Positions 9,837 to 18,584 of a stretch of DNA of 24,420 nt are shown here, piece by piece. The DNA lies in assembly GCA_947501605.1 (NCBI GenBank), contig CANMWZ010000048.1:1-24420 (forward strand). The letters are read 5' to 3'. The stretch is from Planctomycetota bacterium. GTDB taxonomy: Bacteria > Planctomycetota > UBA1135 > UBA2386. The notes under the pieces were generated by a model, which made no database searches, was not told where the DNA came from, and worked only from the letters and a program-made list of their open reading frames with translations. Every line of letters begins with the position of its first letter. Position 1 is the stretch's first letter. The translations under genes and the position numbers were made by a program.

Positions 9837-10230
9837 CGAGGCCTCCTGCCATGCGAACCGGTAGATGCGGCGCGTTGAGCACACCGCGGTCGATTTCATC
9901 TGCGGTCTTGCCGCGAGCTTCTGTCGGCTGGCTGTTCCAGCGTTCGAAGTCGCGCATCACTGCTGCGGCGATGCCGACCTTGCCGTTCTTGCTGACCTGC
10001 TCGGCGATCTTCTCGTCGAACCAGTCGCCGTAGGTGTCGGAGCCTGGCTCGCTGCCGAACATGCCGCCGGCCTCGCTGTCGACCTTCGAGCTCTCGCGCA
10101 TCGTGCTGACGAGTTGCCGCACGAAGATCTGCTCGAACTGCATCGCGGTGTCGCGCGCCTTGGCGAGCTTCTGAGCCGGCGTGACGACTGGCGTCAGCCG
10201 GTCCATCACGTTGTTCTGGATGGGGTCCAT
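9823..10230 (-). CDS. flgJ: Rod-binding (rod cap) protein FlgJ, single domain without muramidase (135 aa)
   Basis: Motif AMQFEQIFVRQLVSTMR...GMFG....DTYGDWFDEKIAEQVS..GKVGIA. ATG overlaps the flgI stop (TGATG). Confidence 0.9.
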   Translation of the reverse strand: MDPIQNNVMDRLTPVVTPAQKLAKARDTAMQFEQIFVRQLVSTMRESSKVDSEAGGMFGSEPGSDTYGDWFDEKIAEQVSKNGKVGIAAAVMRDFERWNSQPTEARGKTADEIDRGVLNAPHLPVRMAGGLDVAG

Positions 10231-11498
10231 CAGCGGACCTCCAAGGGCGCGTGGAGATAGCCTGCCTTTTGCAGCGCGGTGAAGACATTCACCAACTGCG
10301 CCGGAGTGAGATTGAGAGCCCGCAGGTTCTGCAGCAATTCGCCGACGGTGGCGCCGCCCGCGACGGCCTTGAGCTCGCTGTTCTGCGACTCGACCTGGAT
10401 GCGCGTGCGGTTCACGCCCTGCGTCTCGCCGTTGCTGAGCGCGTTCGGTTGCGAGACCTCGGTTTCGTCGACGATCGAGATCGTCAGTTCGCCGATGCTG
10501 AAGACGCACGGAGTGATCAGCACGCCTTCACCAGCGATGACGGTGCCGCTCGACTGATCCACCAGCACCTTGGCTGGGTTGTCCACTTCGACGCGGACGT
10601 CGCGGATGCGACTCAGGATTGCCATCGCCGTGCCCTGGTTGCGCGACTTGAGCGGCAACTGGATGCGGACGAGGCCTTGGTCGACGGCGCTGACCGTGAC
10701 CTCTTCATCCATCAGAACCTTGCGGATGCCCTCGGCGATCCTCATGGCTGTGAAGTTGCTCGGGGTCGTGACCTCGATCTCCAGGTCCCCTGCTTCGGAG
10801 AAGTATGACGACGGCATGTCGCGGATGACGATGCCGCCGTCGATCAGCGTGGCGGTCGTCGCGAGGTTCTTCTGCACGCTGGCCGCACTGCCTTGCGCGG
10901 TCACGCCAGCCACTGACAGGGTCCCTTGCGCGACCACGTGTGTTTGGTTGTCGACGCCGCGCAACTCGGCGCGCAGCAGCACGCCGCCACGCAGCGAGGT
11001 CGCGTCACCGATGACTTGGCAGTCGACGTTGACGAGATTGCCCTGGCGACTGAACGGCTTCAGCGACGTGGTCAGCGAGACCAGCGCGGTGTTGCCAGCA
11101 GTGACGTCCGAGATGGTGAAGTTGAGGTTCTGATCGCGGATCATGTTCAGCAGCGCCTGCCGCGTGCCGCGATCACTCGAACCGGTGCCTTGGAGGCCAG
11201 TGACGATGCCGATGCCGACGAGCAAGTGCGGCATGCTGTTGTGCAGCCGCGTGATCTCGTGCAGGCGCACGGTCATCGGGCCTGAGGCCACTGGCACATC
11301 GGGTGTAGCTGCCGCTCGCGATTCGTAGGTCATCGGCAACGGCGAAGGCTGTGGCGCCTGCGCCGGTGCGCTCACGGGGATCGAGATCGGCGTCAGGAAC
11401 GGCGTCACGATCGGGATCGACGGCGACGGCGCCTGCGTCGGTGCGGTGACCGCGAGGACGAAGAACGCGACGGGCGAGAGCAAGGCGGTTGAGTTCAT
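10230..11498 (-). CDS. flgI: Flagellar P-ring protein
   Basis: Signal peptide plus Pro-rich linker. Motifs LVGIGIVTGLQGTG, IGDATSLRGGVLL, AKVLVDQSSGTVIAG and ALQKAGYLHAPL. Confidence 0.96.
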   Translation of the reverse strand: MNSTALLSPVAFFVLAVTAPTQAPSPSIPIVTPFLTPISIPVSAPAQAPQPSPLPMTYESRAAATPDVPVASGPMTVRLHEITRLHNSMPHLLVGIGIVTGLQGTGSSDRGTRQALLNMIRDQNLNFTISDVTAGNTALVSLTTSLKPFSRQGNLVNVDCQVIGDATSLRGGVLLRAELRGVDNQTHVVAQGTLSVAGVTAQGSAASVQKNLATTATLIDGGIVIRDMPSSYFSEAGDLEIEVTTPSNFTAMRIAEGIRKVLMDEEVTVSAVDQGLVRIQLPLKSRNQGTAMAILSRIRDVRVEVDNPAKVLVDQSSGTVIAGEGVLITPCVFSIGELTISIVDETEVSQPNALSNGETQGVNRTRIQVESQNSELKAVAGGATVGELLQNLRALNLTPAQLVNVFTALQKAGYLHAPLEVR

Positions 11499-11505
11499 GA
11501 GCAGC

Positions 11506-12138
11506 TCAGAACGGCCACGCGGCCCAGATCAGGGTGTCGAAGAGTTGCCCGACCGGGCCTTTGGTCACCTGGCGCGTGCTGGCGCCCTCGCCGGTGATTG
11601 CAATGCGGGCGTCGGCAACCTGGGAGCTGGTCACGGTGTTGAGGTTGGTGACGTCGAGGGCGCGGACGATGCCGCTGATGCGCAACGTCTTCTGCTCATC
11701 GTTGACGGTGACGCTGCGTTGACCGGCGACGATGAGGTTGCCGTTGGGCTGCACGTCGATGACCATCACGGCAATGCTGGCGCGCACGTCAGAACCGCTG
11801 TTCTGCTTCGACTCGCCGTTGAAGTCTTGCTCCTTCGAAACGGCAATGGTCGGCAGTGCGGAGGCGTTGAAGGCGTCGTTGCTCAGCGTGAAGGCAGAGA
11901 GACGTGCCGACAGCGATGTGTCGTTGGAGCGCTCGGTCTTGTCCTCGTTGCGTACGCTGTGCGTTTCTTGAATGGCGATCGTCAGCACGTCGCCCACCGA
12001 ACGGGCGCGCAGGTCAGCCGTCGCCGCGATCTTGGCACCGGCTCGCACGTATGGGTTCTGGGCCCGCACGGTGTTGCAGCAGAGGGCCAGCAGCCCAGCA
12101 GCTGCGAGCAAGAAGGGGTGAAGTGAGAGGTTGCCCAT
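11506..12138 (-). CDS. flgH: Flagellar L-ring protein
   Basis: Motifs DLRARSVGDVLTIAIQE, VIDVQPNGNLIVAG, ISGIVRALD and SSQVADARI; ends WPF. Lies between flgA and flgI. Confidence 0.95.
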   Translation of the reverse strand: MGNLSLHPFLLAAAGLLALCCNTVRAQNPYVRAGAKIAATADLRARSVGDVLTIAIQETHSVRNEDKTERSNDTSLSARLSAFTLSNDAFNASALPTIAVSKEQDFNGESKQNSGSDVRASIAVMVIDVQPNGNLIVAGQRSVTVNDEQKTLRISGIVRALDVTNLNTVTSSQVADARIAITGEGASTRQVTKGPVGQLFDTLIWAAWPF

Positions 12139-12146
12139 GGGAGGTC

Positions 12147-13130
12147 TCAGTTGCGGATCACGACGGTGCCGCTGGCCTCGGCGATGCCGGTCAGCGACGC
12201 GCGGGTGCCGGTGCTGATGACGTTGACGCGTTCGCCGCGCACGGCGTCGTTGTTGGCGATTGCCTGCGTTTCGATCTTCACGCGGCCCTTGGTGATGATG
12301 AGGGTGACGAGGTCGCCACGGCGGATCAGCGCTGGCTCGGCGACGTCGCTGAGCATCAGCAGTTGATTGGGCTGCAGGTTGCGCCGCGCGACCTTGCCGA
12401 CCACCTGTTCCATCGACGTGAGATAGAGACCGTTGGTCTGGTCGAGGCGCTCGCGCGACAGCGTGAAGTACTCCGGCCCGATCGGCATGCCCGCCGGCAC
12501 CGTGGCATTGGTCTTGATGATTTCGTGGTAGCGACGGAGCTTGAACTGGATCGGAACGGTCTTGGCGACGACCTCGTCGACGAGGATCTCGACCTCGACG
12601 ACGGCGGTGTTCGGGTTGGTGGCGCCGCCGCGAATGCGAGCGCGCATCTCCTGGCTCCTGCGTCCTGGCTGCACTTGATGCGCGCGAACGGGACTCGCCA
12701 GTTCGTACTCGACGTCGCCCCCTTCCTTCTGCAGGACGGCTTCGAGCACGGTGGTTGCGTGCTCGATGAGTTCGACTTGACTGACCGCAGCAACCAACGA
12801 CTGCACGGCGACCTCAGTTGCACCGCGAATGCGGAAGGTGCCGGCGGCGTAGCCACTGGCCACCAGGGACTGCAACAGTTCGGAGCGCGTGACCGTGCGC
12901 AGGAACCCAGGCGTCGGCGCCGCGGCGAAGCGCAACGACGCGATCGTCATGGATTCCGCATCGGTCGGTGCGAGGTCGACCAGGTCGCCAATCGTGACTT
13001 CGAGCCCGCGCACGAGAGCGTTCTCGTGCAGCGACAGTTCGTAGGTCGGTTGCGGGCGTGCCGTGGCGCCGCCGGGAGCCGGGTCCTGCGCGAGTGCGCC
13101 GAACAGTGCGATGGTGACGAATGCGAACAT
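12147..13130 (-). CDS. flgA: P-ring assembly chaperone FlgA (327 aa)
   Basis: ATG 13130 follows AAGGAG and starts a signal peptide. C-terminal SAF region VVGKVARRNLQPNQLL..PALIRRGDLVTL..GERVNV. Lies between flgG and flgH. Confidence 0.92.
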   Translation of the reverse strand: MFAFVTIALFGALAQDPAPGGATARPQPTYELSLHENALVRGLEVTIGDLVDLAPTDAESMTIASLRFAAAPTPGFLRTVTRSELLQSLVASGYAAGTFRIRGATEVAVQSLVAAVSQVELIEHATTVLEAVLQKEGGDVEYELASPVRAHQVQPGRRSQEMRARIRGGATNPNTAVVEVEILVDEVVAKTVPIQFKLRRYHEIIKTNATVPAGMPIGPEYFTLSRERLDQTNGLYLTSMEQVVGKVARRNLQPNQLLMLSDVAEPALIRRGDLVTLIITKGRVKIETQAIANNDAVRGERVNVISTGTRASLTGIAEASGTVVIRN

Positions 13131-13188
13131 GAGACTCTCCTTCTCTGCTGTGCGGACCTTCCCGAACCCTCTGCGCAAACCACGGCGA

Positions 13189-13217
13189 CGCACGCTGCGG
13201 CAAACCGCAGCGATGCG
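13189..13217 (-). other. GC-rich intergenic stem-loop between flgG and flgA
   Basis: CGCTGCGG-CAAA-CCGCAGCG (13193-13212), extendable by CGCA/TGCG across a one-base bulge. No U-tract follows. Confidence 0.6.
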
Positions 13218-13224
13218 CTCTGCA

Positions 13225-14019
13225 TCAACGGACGATGTTGGTCGCCGTCGACAGCATCTGATCGCTAGCCTGGATCGCGCGGCTGTTCACCTCGTAGGCC
13301 CGTTGCGCGACGATCAGGTTGACGAGTTCGTTGACGATCTGGACGTTGCTGCGCTCGAGAAACCGTTGGCGCAGTTGACCGAGGCCGGCGATGCCCGGCG
13401 TCGAAGTCTGCGGCGCGCCTGACGCTTCGGTCTGACGGCCCACGTTGCCACCGACCGCGAGCATGCCCGACGGATTGACGAAGCGGCTGATGGTCAGCTG
13501 ACCGACCTGCGTTGCCGCGTCCGGAGTGCTGGCAGTGGCGACCGTGACTCGTCCTGACGGATCGATGGCGATATCGAGAGTGTCGGCTGGCACGGTGATC
13601 TCGGGCAGCAGGATGTGTCCCTGGCTGGTCACGATGTTGCCGGCGGCGTTGATTTGAAACGAACCGTCGCGGGTGTAGCCAGTGCCGCCGTCGGGCAGAC
13701 GAACGGCGAAGAAGCCTTCGCCGTCGATGGCGATGTCGAGCGGGCGATCGGTCGGCTCCAGCATGCCGGGGCTGTAGACCTTGGTCGTACCGTTGAGGCG
13801 CGTGCCCGAGCCGATCTGCGTGCCGGTCGGAACCGCGAGGTCGCCGGTGCCGCGGGCGAGACCAGGCGCCTGCTGCGTGACGTAGAGAAGGTCCTCGAAC
13901 GAAGCTTGCGACTTCTTGAAGCCCGAGGTGTTCACGTTCGCGATGTTGTTCGCGATCATGTCGACCATCGTCTGCTGGGCCTTCATGCCCGTCGCGGTGG
14001 TGTAGAGGCTCTTGAGCAT
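13225..14019 (-). CDS. flgG: Flagellar distal rod protein
   Basis: MLKSLYTTATGMKAQQ..IANNIANVNTSGFKKS..FEDLLY, DIAIDGEGFF, YTRDGSF and LERSNV..VNELVNLIVAQRAYEVNS. Confidence 0.97.
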   Translation of the reverse strand: MLKSLYTTATGMKAQQTMVDMIANNIANVNTSGFKKSQASFEDLLYVTQQAPGLARGTGDLAVPTGTQIGSGTRLNGTTKVYSPGMLEPTDRPLDIAIDGEGFFAVRLPDGGTGYTRDGSFQINAAGNIVTSQGHILLPEITVPADTLDIAIDPSGRVTVATASTPDAATQVGQLTISRFVNPSGMLAVGGNVGRQTEASGAPQTSTPGIAGLGQLRQRFLERSNVQIVNELVNLIVAQRAYEVNSRAIQASDQMLSTATNIVR

Positions 14020-14023
14020 TGGA

Positions 14024-14764
14024 TTACCTGCTTAGATTCTGGACGAGGCTTTCTTGCATGCGGCCGACGCTGCCGAGTGCTTTCTGGGTCGCTGTGAAAC
14101 TGCGCTGCACGACGATCATCTGGACGAGTTCTTGGAGGGAGTCGACGTTGCTGCCTTCTTGGTAGCCCTGGCGCACGCCGTCGCTGACGACTTCGAGCTT
14201 CTGCTTGCCCGGGTCCTGGAAGTTGCCGCTGCCGACCGGGACCAGAGCGTTCGGATCGCGCACCTTGAAGACCCCGAGTGGGCCCCAGACCTGGCCCGTC
14301 GTAGGGTCGGAGATCTGGCCGCTGTTCGAGATCGAGAGCTCGGTCGGCGACTGCTCGCCGGTGCCGAGCAGGATCGGACTGCCGTTTTGGTCGAGGTAGC
14401 GGAAGCCTTCGTTGTTCACGAGGCCGCCTTGCGAATCGAGTTGCATCTGGCCGTCGCGGGTCAAGAACACGCGACCCTTGCCATCCTGCACGCGGAGCCA
14501 GGAGCCCTCGCTCAGCGCGAGCTCCAGCTGACTGCCGGTCTCGCGCAGGGAGCCTTGCTTCCAGTCGGAGACCTCGCCGTAGCGCACCGTCGGCATCCGC
14601 TCGCCCAGAACGCGTTCGAACGAAGAGGCGGACTCGAGCGCCACGGGCGTGCGGCGCTTGTAGCTCGCGGTTTCGAGGTTGGCGAGATTGTTGGAGATGG
14701 CCGCCTGGGACTCGGCCAAGAAGTGCATGCCCTTTACGAGCGCGGTTTCGGCGTAGCCTGACAT
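14024..14764 (-). CDS. flgF: Flagellar proximal rod protein (start at ATG 14764 or GTG 14767)
   Basis: ISNNLAN, QGSLRETG, LTRDG and QGYQEGSNVD motifs; about 246 aa; immediately upstream of flgG. Confidence 0.88.
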   Translation of the reverse strand: MSGYAETALVKGMHFLAESQAAISNNLANLETASYKRRTPVALESASSFERVLGERMPTVRYGEVSDWKQGSLRETGSQLELALSEGSWLRVQDGKGRVFLTRDGQMQLDSQGGLVNNEGFRYLDQNGSPILLGTGEQSPTELSISNSGQISDPTTGQVWGPLGVFKVRDPNALVPVGSGNFQDPGKQKLEVVSDGVRQGYQEGSNVDSLQELVQMIVVQRSFTATQKALGSVGRMQESLVQNLSR

Positions 14765-14766
14765 CA

Positions 14767-16740
14767 CTACCTCACGATGTTCATGAGCTCGGCGAGGATC
14801 TCGTCGGCTGTGGTGATGACGCGCGAGCTGGCTTGGAAGCCACGCTGCGCCTCGATGAGGTTGACGAACTCGCGGGCGATGTCGACGTTGCTGTTCTCCA
14901 GGGAACCTGCGCGAACGGTGCCAGCGCCTGCGGTGTTGGCCGTAGTGAAGATGGGGGAGTCCGAGTTCGGCGACTCGACGAACATGGTGTCGCCGACCCG
15001 CAGTAGCCCGGCCTCGTTGGCGAACAGCGTCACGCGCAGCTGCTCGAGCGTCTTGCTCTGACCGTTGGTGTAGAACGCGACCAGTGAGCCGTTGGTGTCG
15101 AAGGCCGCGTTGAGCAGCGTGCCGGACTCGAAACCGTCCTGATCCGTCGCCGCGATCGTGCTCTGGTTGCCGAGCATCGCGATGCCGTCGAACTGGCCCG
15201 AGGTGCCGAGATCGACTGCGACTGTCTGGGCCGCGCTGATCCCCGTGAAGCTGAACTGCAGCGTGTTGCTGCCGCCGCCGATCACGTTGAAGGAGCCGTT
15301 GTCGTTGAAGCGGATCTGGTTGATCGAGCCCTGCGTGATCGTTCCTTCGCTGGGGTCCATGGTCGCGGCCATGCCCCAGACAGTCGGGTCGGTGTCGCTG
15401 CGCGTGTAGGTCATGGTGACCGTGTGGCCGAGACCCTGCGCGTCGATGATCTCGATCGACGTGATCGCGGTGTCGGCGCCGGTGCCCTGTTGCGACACGG
15501 TGAAGTTCGGCCAGTTGTTCTTGCCGGTGTTGTTGATCGAGTCACCGATGGAGAGCGACAGATCGGCGTCGCCCTTGCTGTTCGCCGTCAGGCGGATGTG
15601 ACCGTCGGCGGTCAACGAGGCCGTGGACTGCGTGTTGTCGACGGTGCTGTTGATGAAGGTGACGAGGTCCTGCAGCGTCGTGCCGTCGGTGCCCGGTCCC
15701 GTGCCGTAGATGAACGTGTCCGAGTACGACGTGCGATCCGGGTTGGTGCCGCTGATCACGATCTGATCGCCGGTCTGGTAGGCGCTGCGGCGCGCCGTCA
15801 GCGCACCGAGGTTGGTCGTACCGATCGCGGTGGATTGCGAACCAGAGACGAGGGTTGCGTCGAGGCCGAGCGCGCCGAGCAGGCCCGAGGCACCAGGGCC
15901 GTTGTCGAACTTCAGTGTCGCGTTGCTGCCGAGTTGGATCGTGTCGAAGTCGATCGTGCCGTTGACGTCGTCGGCAGTGACAGACAGGCCGGCCACCGTG
16001 AAGGCGGCTGCCACCGTCGAAGCGTTGACCGGTCCCGCACCAAACGTAGTGGATGGGAAGGTGACCGACTGTTGCGCGCCGCCATTGACGGAGACGAGGA
16101 CGCTCTTGCCGGCGAAGGCTGACAAGTTGAATTGCGTGCCGGTGCCGGCGGTGCCCTGAGCCGTCTTGGCAGCAGCGAGGCCGGCCTGGAGCACGGCGCT
16201 CGACTGCACAATCTCCTCGAAGGGGCCACCGACTCGGGCCGGCAGGTTGCCTTGGAAGCTCACGCTCGTGGTCGCGCGGGCGGGCAGCGTGTCGGCCACC
16301 GGGACGTTGATGGTGCCGCCATCAGCCGCCATGACTCGCAGGCCGGTGCGGACGTCGACCAGGGCGCGTTCGTTGTCGATGCTGAAGGTGCCGACGCGCG
16401 TGTAGAAGCGCTGCAAGCCGTCGGTCAGGGTGAAGAAGCCGCGACCTTGCAAGGCGACATCGAGGGGACGACCAGTGTCTTGGAACGTGCCCTGACTCGT
16501 GTCGATGTCGACCGTCGTCATGATCGCGCCGTTGCCAACCTGCACTGGGTTGAGACCGCCGAGATTGCCGTTCGGGCCAGAGCCCGCGCGCAGCGTGGTG
16601 CTCAGCAGGTCGCTGAACGTCGGGCGGCCGCCGCGAAAGCCAGCCGTGCTGACGTTCGCGAGGTTGTTGCCGATGACGTCGATGTAGCTCTGGTGCAGGC
16701 GAAGGCCCGACAACCCGGTGAACAGTGCGGTACTGACCAT
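14767..16740 (-). CDS. flgE: Flagellar hook protein (657 aa, large inserted surface domains)
   Basis: ALFTGLSGL..IGNNLANVSTAGF, DVALQGRGFF, YTRVGTF and GSLENSNVDIAREFVNLIEAQRGFQASSRVITTADE; follows flgD. Confidence 0.96.
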   Translation of the reverse strand: MVSTALFTGLSGLRLHQSYIDVIGNNLANVSTAGFRGGRPTFSDLLSTTLRAGSGPNGNLGGLNPVQVGNGAIMTTVDIDTSQGTFQDTGRPLDVALQGRGFFTLTDGLQRFYTRVGTFSIDNERALVDVRTGLRVMAADGGTINVPVADTLPARATTSVSFQGNLPARVGGPFEEIVQSSAVLQAGLAAAKTAQGTAGTGTQFNLSAFAGKSVLVSVNGGAQQSVTFPSTTFGAGPVNASTVAAAFTVAGLSVTADDVNGTIDFDTIQLGSNATLKFDNGPGASGLLGALGLDATLVSGSQSTAIGTTNLGALTARRSAYQTGDQIVISGTNPDRTSYSDTFIYGTGPGTDGTTLQDLVTFINSTVDNTQSTASLTADGHIRLTANSKGDADLSLSIGDSINNTGKNNWPNFTVSQQGTGADTAITSIEIIDAQGLGHTVTMTYTRSDTDPTVWGMAATMDPSEGTITQGSINQIRFNDNGSFNVIGGGSNTLQFSFTGISAAQTVAVDLGTSGQFDGIAMLGNQSTIAATDQDGFESGTLLNAAFDTNGSLVAFYTNGQSKTLEQLRVTLFANEAGLLRVGDTMFVESPNSDSPIFTTANTAGAGTVRAGSLENSNVDIAREFVNLIEAQRGFQASSRVITTADEILAELMNIVR

Positions 16741-16764
16741 GGTGATTCCTCGTTGGCTGCGGGA

Positions 16765-17208
16765 TCAGGCTTCGTTGACGTTGGCGATGCCGTGCACATC
16801 GCGCAGGCCGATCTCGGCGCCGCCGGCTAGTCGCAGCCGCACGTCACCGGACTCGGCGACGAAGACCGACTCGACGGTGGCGGAGGTGTCGACGCCGTTC
16901 GCGTTCTTGTAGGAGACCTCACGCCCGAGCAGCGAGCTGCCCTGGCTCAAGCCCTGACTGCGCGCCAGCAGACCTTGGTAGTCGAGCAGCGCCAGCATGT
17001 TCGTGTTGAGGTCCTGCTGCTGCTCCATCGACGAGTAGCTCGCCATCTGGTTCATGAAGCTCTCGTTGTCCACCGGCGATAGCGGCGACTGGTTCTGGAG
17101 CTGCGTGGTCAGAAGGCGCAAGAACTGGTTCTCACCAAAGCTGCCGCCCTGGTTGGACAGCACCGTCGAGAGATTGCCCTGGCTGGAGATTCCGCTGGTC
17201 GTCGTCAT
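16765..17208 (-). CDS. flgD: Flagellar hook capping protein (147 aa)
   Basis: ATG 17208 follows GAGGA. Motifs FLRLLTTQLQNQSPLSPVDN..FMNQMASYSSMEQ and SLLGREV. Confidence 0.95.
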   Translation of the reverse strand: MTTTSGISSQGNLSTVLSNQGGSFGENQFLRLLTTQLQNQSPLSPVDNESFMNQMASYSSMEQQQDLNTNMLALLDYQGLLARSQGLSQGSSLLGREVSYKNANGVDTSATVESVFVAESGDVRLRLAGGAEIGLRDVHGIANVNEA

Positions 17209-17219
17209 GTTGTCGTTCC

Positions 17220-18248
17220 TCAAACCCAGAAATCGAGTCCGTTGGCCGTGTACCAGCCTGTTGGTGCGCTTGCGGCGAGCTGCAGCGCATCGTCTGCATC
17301 GCTGCCGTTTGCGTCGGGATGCTTGGCGTCGCCGAACGCATCGGCGGAGCGTTGATCGCCGCCTTGGCGCGTGTGCACCTCGGCGTGCGCGACTGTGAGC
17401 CCGCTGTCTTGCAGCTCCTTCTTGAGCTGATCGAGGCCGCCTTGCAGCAGATCGCGAAGGTCATCGCGTTCGGTGCCGATCGACAACCGCAGCGAGTTGC
17501 TGCTGTCGACGATCATGTGCAGATCGAGTTCGCCCAACTCCGGTGGGTCGAGGCGGACACGCATCTCGCTGCCCTCTTTGCCGAGCTTGAACAGGATCTG
17601 CTTGAACACCGAATCGCGGGCCTGCTCGTTCATGGCGACGCCGGCCGCATTCAGCGTGCGGTAGCCGGTGGCCTTGGCCTCGACGGCAACGGTGCGGAAC
17701 TCGGCCGACAGTTGCGGGCCGGTCAAGCGGTCGACGGTGGCGCGCGATGTCGGTGCCGCGGCCTGCAGTGGGGCGATGCCGGAGCTCAGTGGCGCTTTGC
17801 CAGGAAGCAGTACGACGGACGACGTCGAAGCTGCGACCACGGGGATCGCGAGCGGCGCGCGCGACGGCAAAGGATCGAGAGAGTCGCCGGCGTCTTCGCC
17901 TGCATCGTCTTGCCGCACCGGCGACTCTCTCGAGGGTAGTTCTTGGGAGGTAGCGACGGTCGTGGCCTGGTCGTTCGCCGCGGCTTCCGTGGCAGCGTCG
18001 GCGCCGGCTTCGATCGCAGCATCCTCGGCCGCATCGCTGTCCCGGTCGCGGGCTTCCCCTGCGGCGGTCGCGAGCGACGCGTCCGTAGGAGCGGTCTCGG
18101 TCGGCTCTTGGCGATCACGCGCTGGCGCCGGTTCGGCGCGGCGCGAGGCCTGCTCGAGTCGATCGGCGAACGTGCCACTGGCCGCGTTGCTGCCGCTGGC
18201 GGCCACTGGCACGCTCAACGGATCGAACCCGAGTTTGCTGAACTGCAT
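17220..18248 (-). CDS. fliK: Flagellar hook-length control protein (about 342 aa)
   Basis: Low-complexity Ala/Asp/Thr N-terminal region and a C-terminal T3S4 domain (MRVRLDPPELGELDL, LDQLKKELQDSGL). Upstream of flgD, with a GGAGG/AAGGGG RBS. Confidence 0.92.
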   Translation of the reverse strand: MQFSKLGFDPLSVPVAASGSNAASGTFADRLEQASRRAEPAPARDRQEPTETAPTDASLATAAGEARDRDSDAAEDAAIEAGADAATEAAANDQATTVATSQELPSRESPVRQDDAGEDAGDSLDPLPSRAPLAIPVVAASTSSVVLLPGKAPLSSGIAPLQAAAPTSRATVDRLTGPQLSAEFRTVAVEAKATGYRTLNAAGVAMNEQARDSVFKQILFKLGKEGSEMRVRLDPPELGELDLHMIVDSSNSLRLSIGTERDDLRDLLQGGLDQLKKELQDSGLTVAHAEVHTRQGGDQRSADAFGDAKHPDANGSDADDALQLAASAPTGWYTANGLDFWV

Positions 18249-18283
18249 CACGACCAAGATCCCCTTCCTCCGTCCTGGTCCAT

Positions 18284-18300
18284 TGCACGGCGCGTGCCAA
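18284..18300 (-). promoter_or_regulatory. Sigma-54 (RpoN) -24/-12 promoter of the fliK operon
   Basis: Minus strand reads TTGGCACGcgccGTGCA, with exact GG-N10-GC spacing and a near-consensus match to TGGCACG-N4-TTGC, about 35 nt before the fliK start. Confidence 0.8.
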
Positions 18301-18373
18301 GTGGGCGCAGAACACGGAAGTGCCCATGCCATGGGCCCATTGGGTCAGGTGCGGCCACGGGGCAGGGAGTGGT

Positions 18374-18412
18374 CGGCAGGAGCTGCCGGATCGAGGCCGG
18401 CAGAAGCTGCCG
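18374..18412. promoter_or_regulatory. Tandem palindromes, putative upstream activator sites for an enhancer-binding protein
   Basis: CGGCAG-GAG-CTGCCG (18374-18388) and CGGCAG-AAG-CTGCCG (18398-18412), 24 bp apart and about 100-140 bp upstream of the inferred sigma-54 start. Confidence 0.65.
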
Positions 18413-18520
18413 ATCAAGAACACCGCGCCGATCGCGCCAGGGATGCCGGGCGAGATTCCTGATTTGCTCGGTATCGCCGCAGCCATCGGCGAGTCGCACG
18501 ATTTTCCTGCGGTCCGCCTC

Positions 18521-18547
18521 TCAAGCCGAATCGAGTTCTTCCGATAC
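18521..18547 (+). promoter_or_regulatory. Sigma-28 (FliA)-type promoter of flgM
   Basis: TCAAG-N14-TCCGATAC compared with the consensus T(A/C)AAG-N14-GCCGATA; 37 nt before the flgM ATG. Confidence 0.65.
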
Positions 18548-18584
18548 ATCAAGGCAGGAACTGGCCGAGTGCCAGGAGGCAGCC

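Noticed and set aside
9823..10230. FlgJ lacking a muramidase domain as a novelty
   Set aside because: Single-domain FlgJ is common outside Beta- and Gammaproteobacteria.
18374..18412. Tandem palindromes as a mini CRISPR or REP array
   Set aside because: Only two 15-bp units with a 9-bp spacer and no cas genes; the position fits activator sites better.
17943..18584. Long N-terminal part of the 317-aa plus-strand ORF
   Set aside because: Overlaps fliK antisense and the promoter region; a strong RBS marks ATG 18585.
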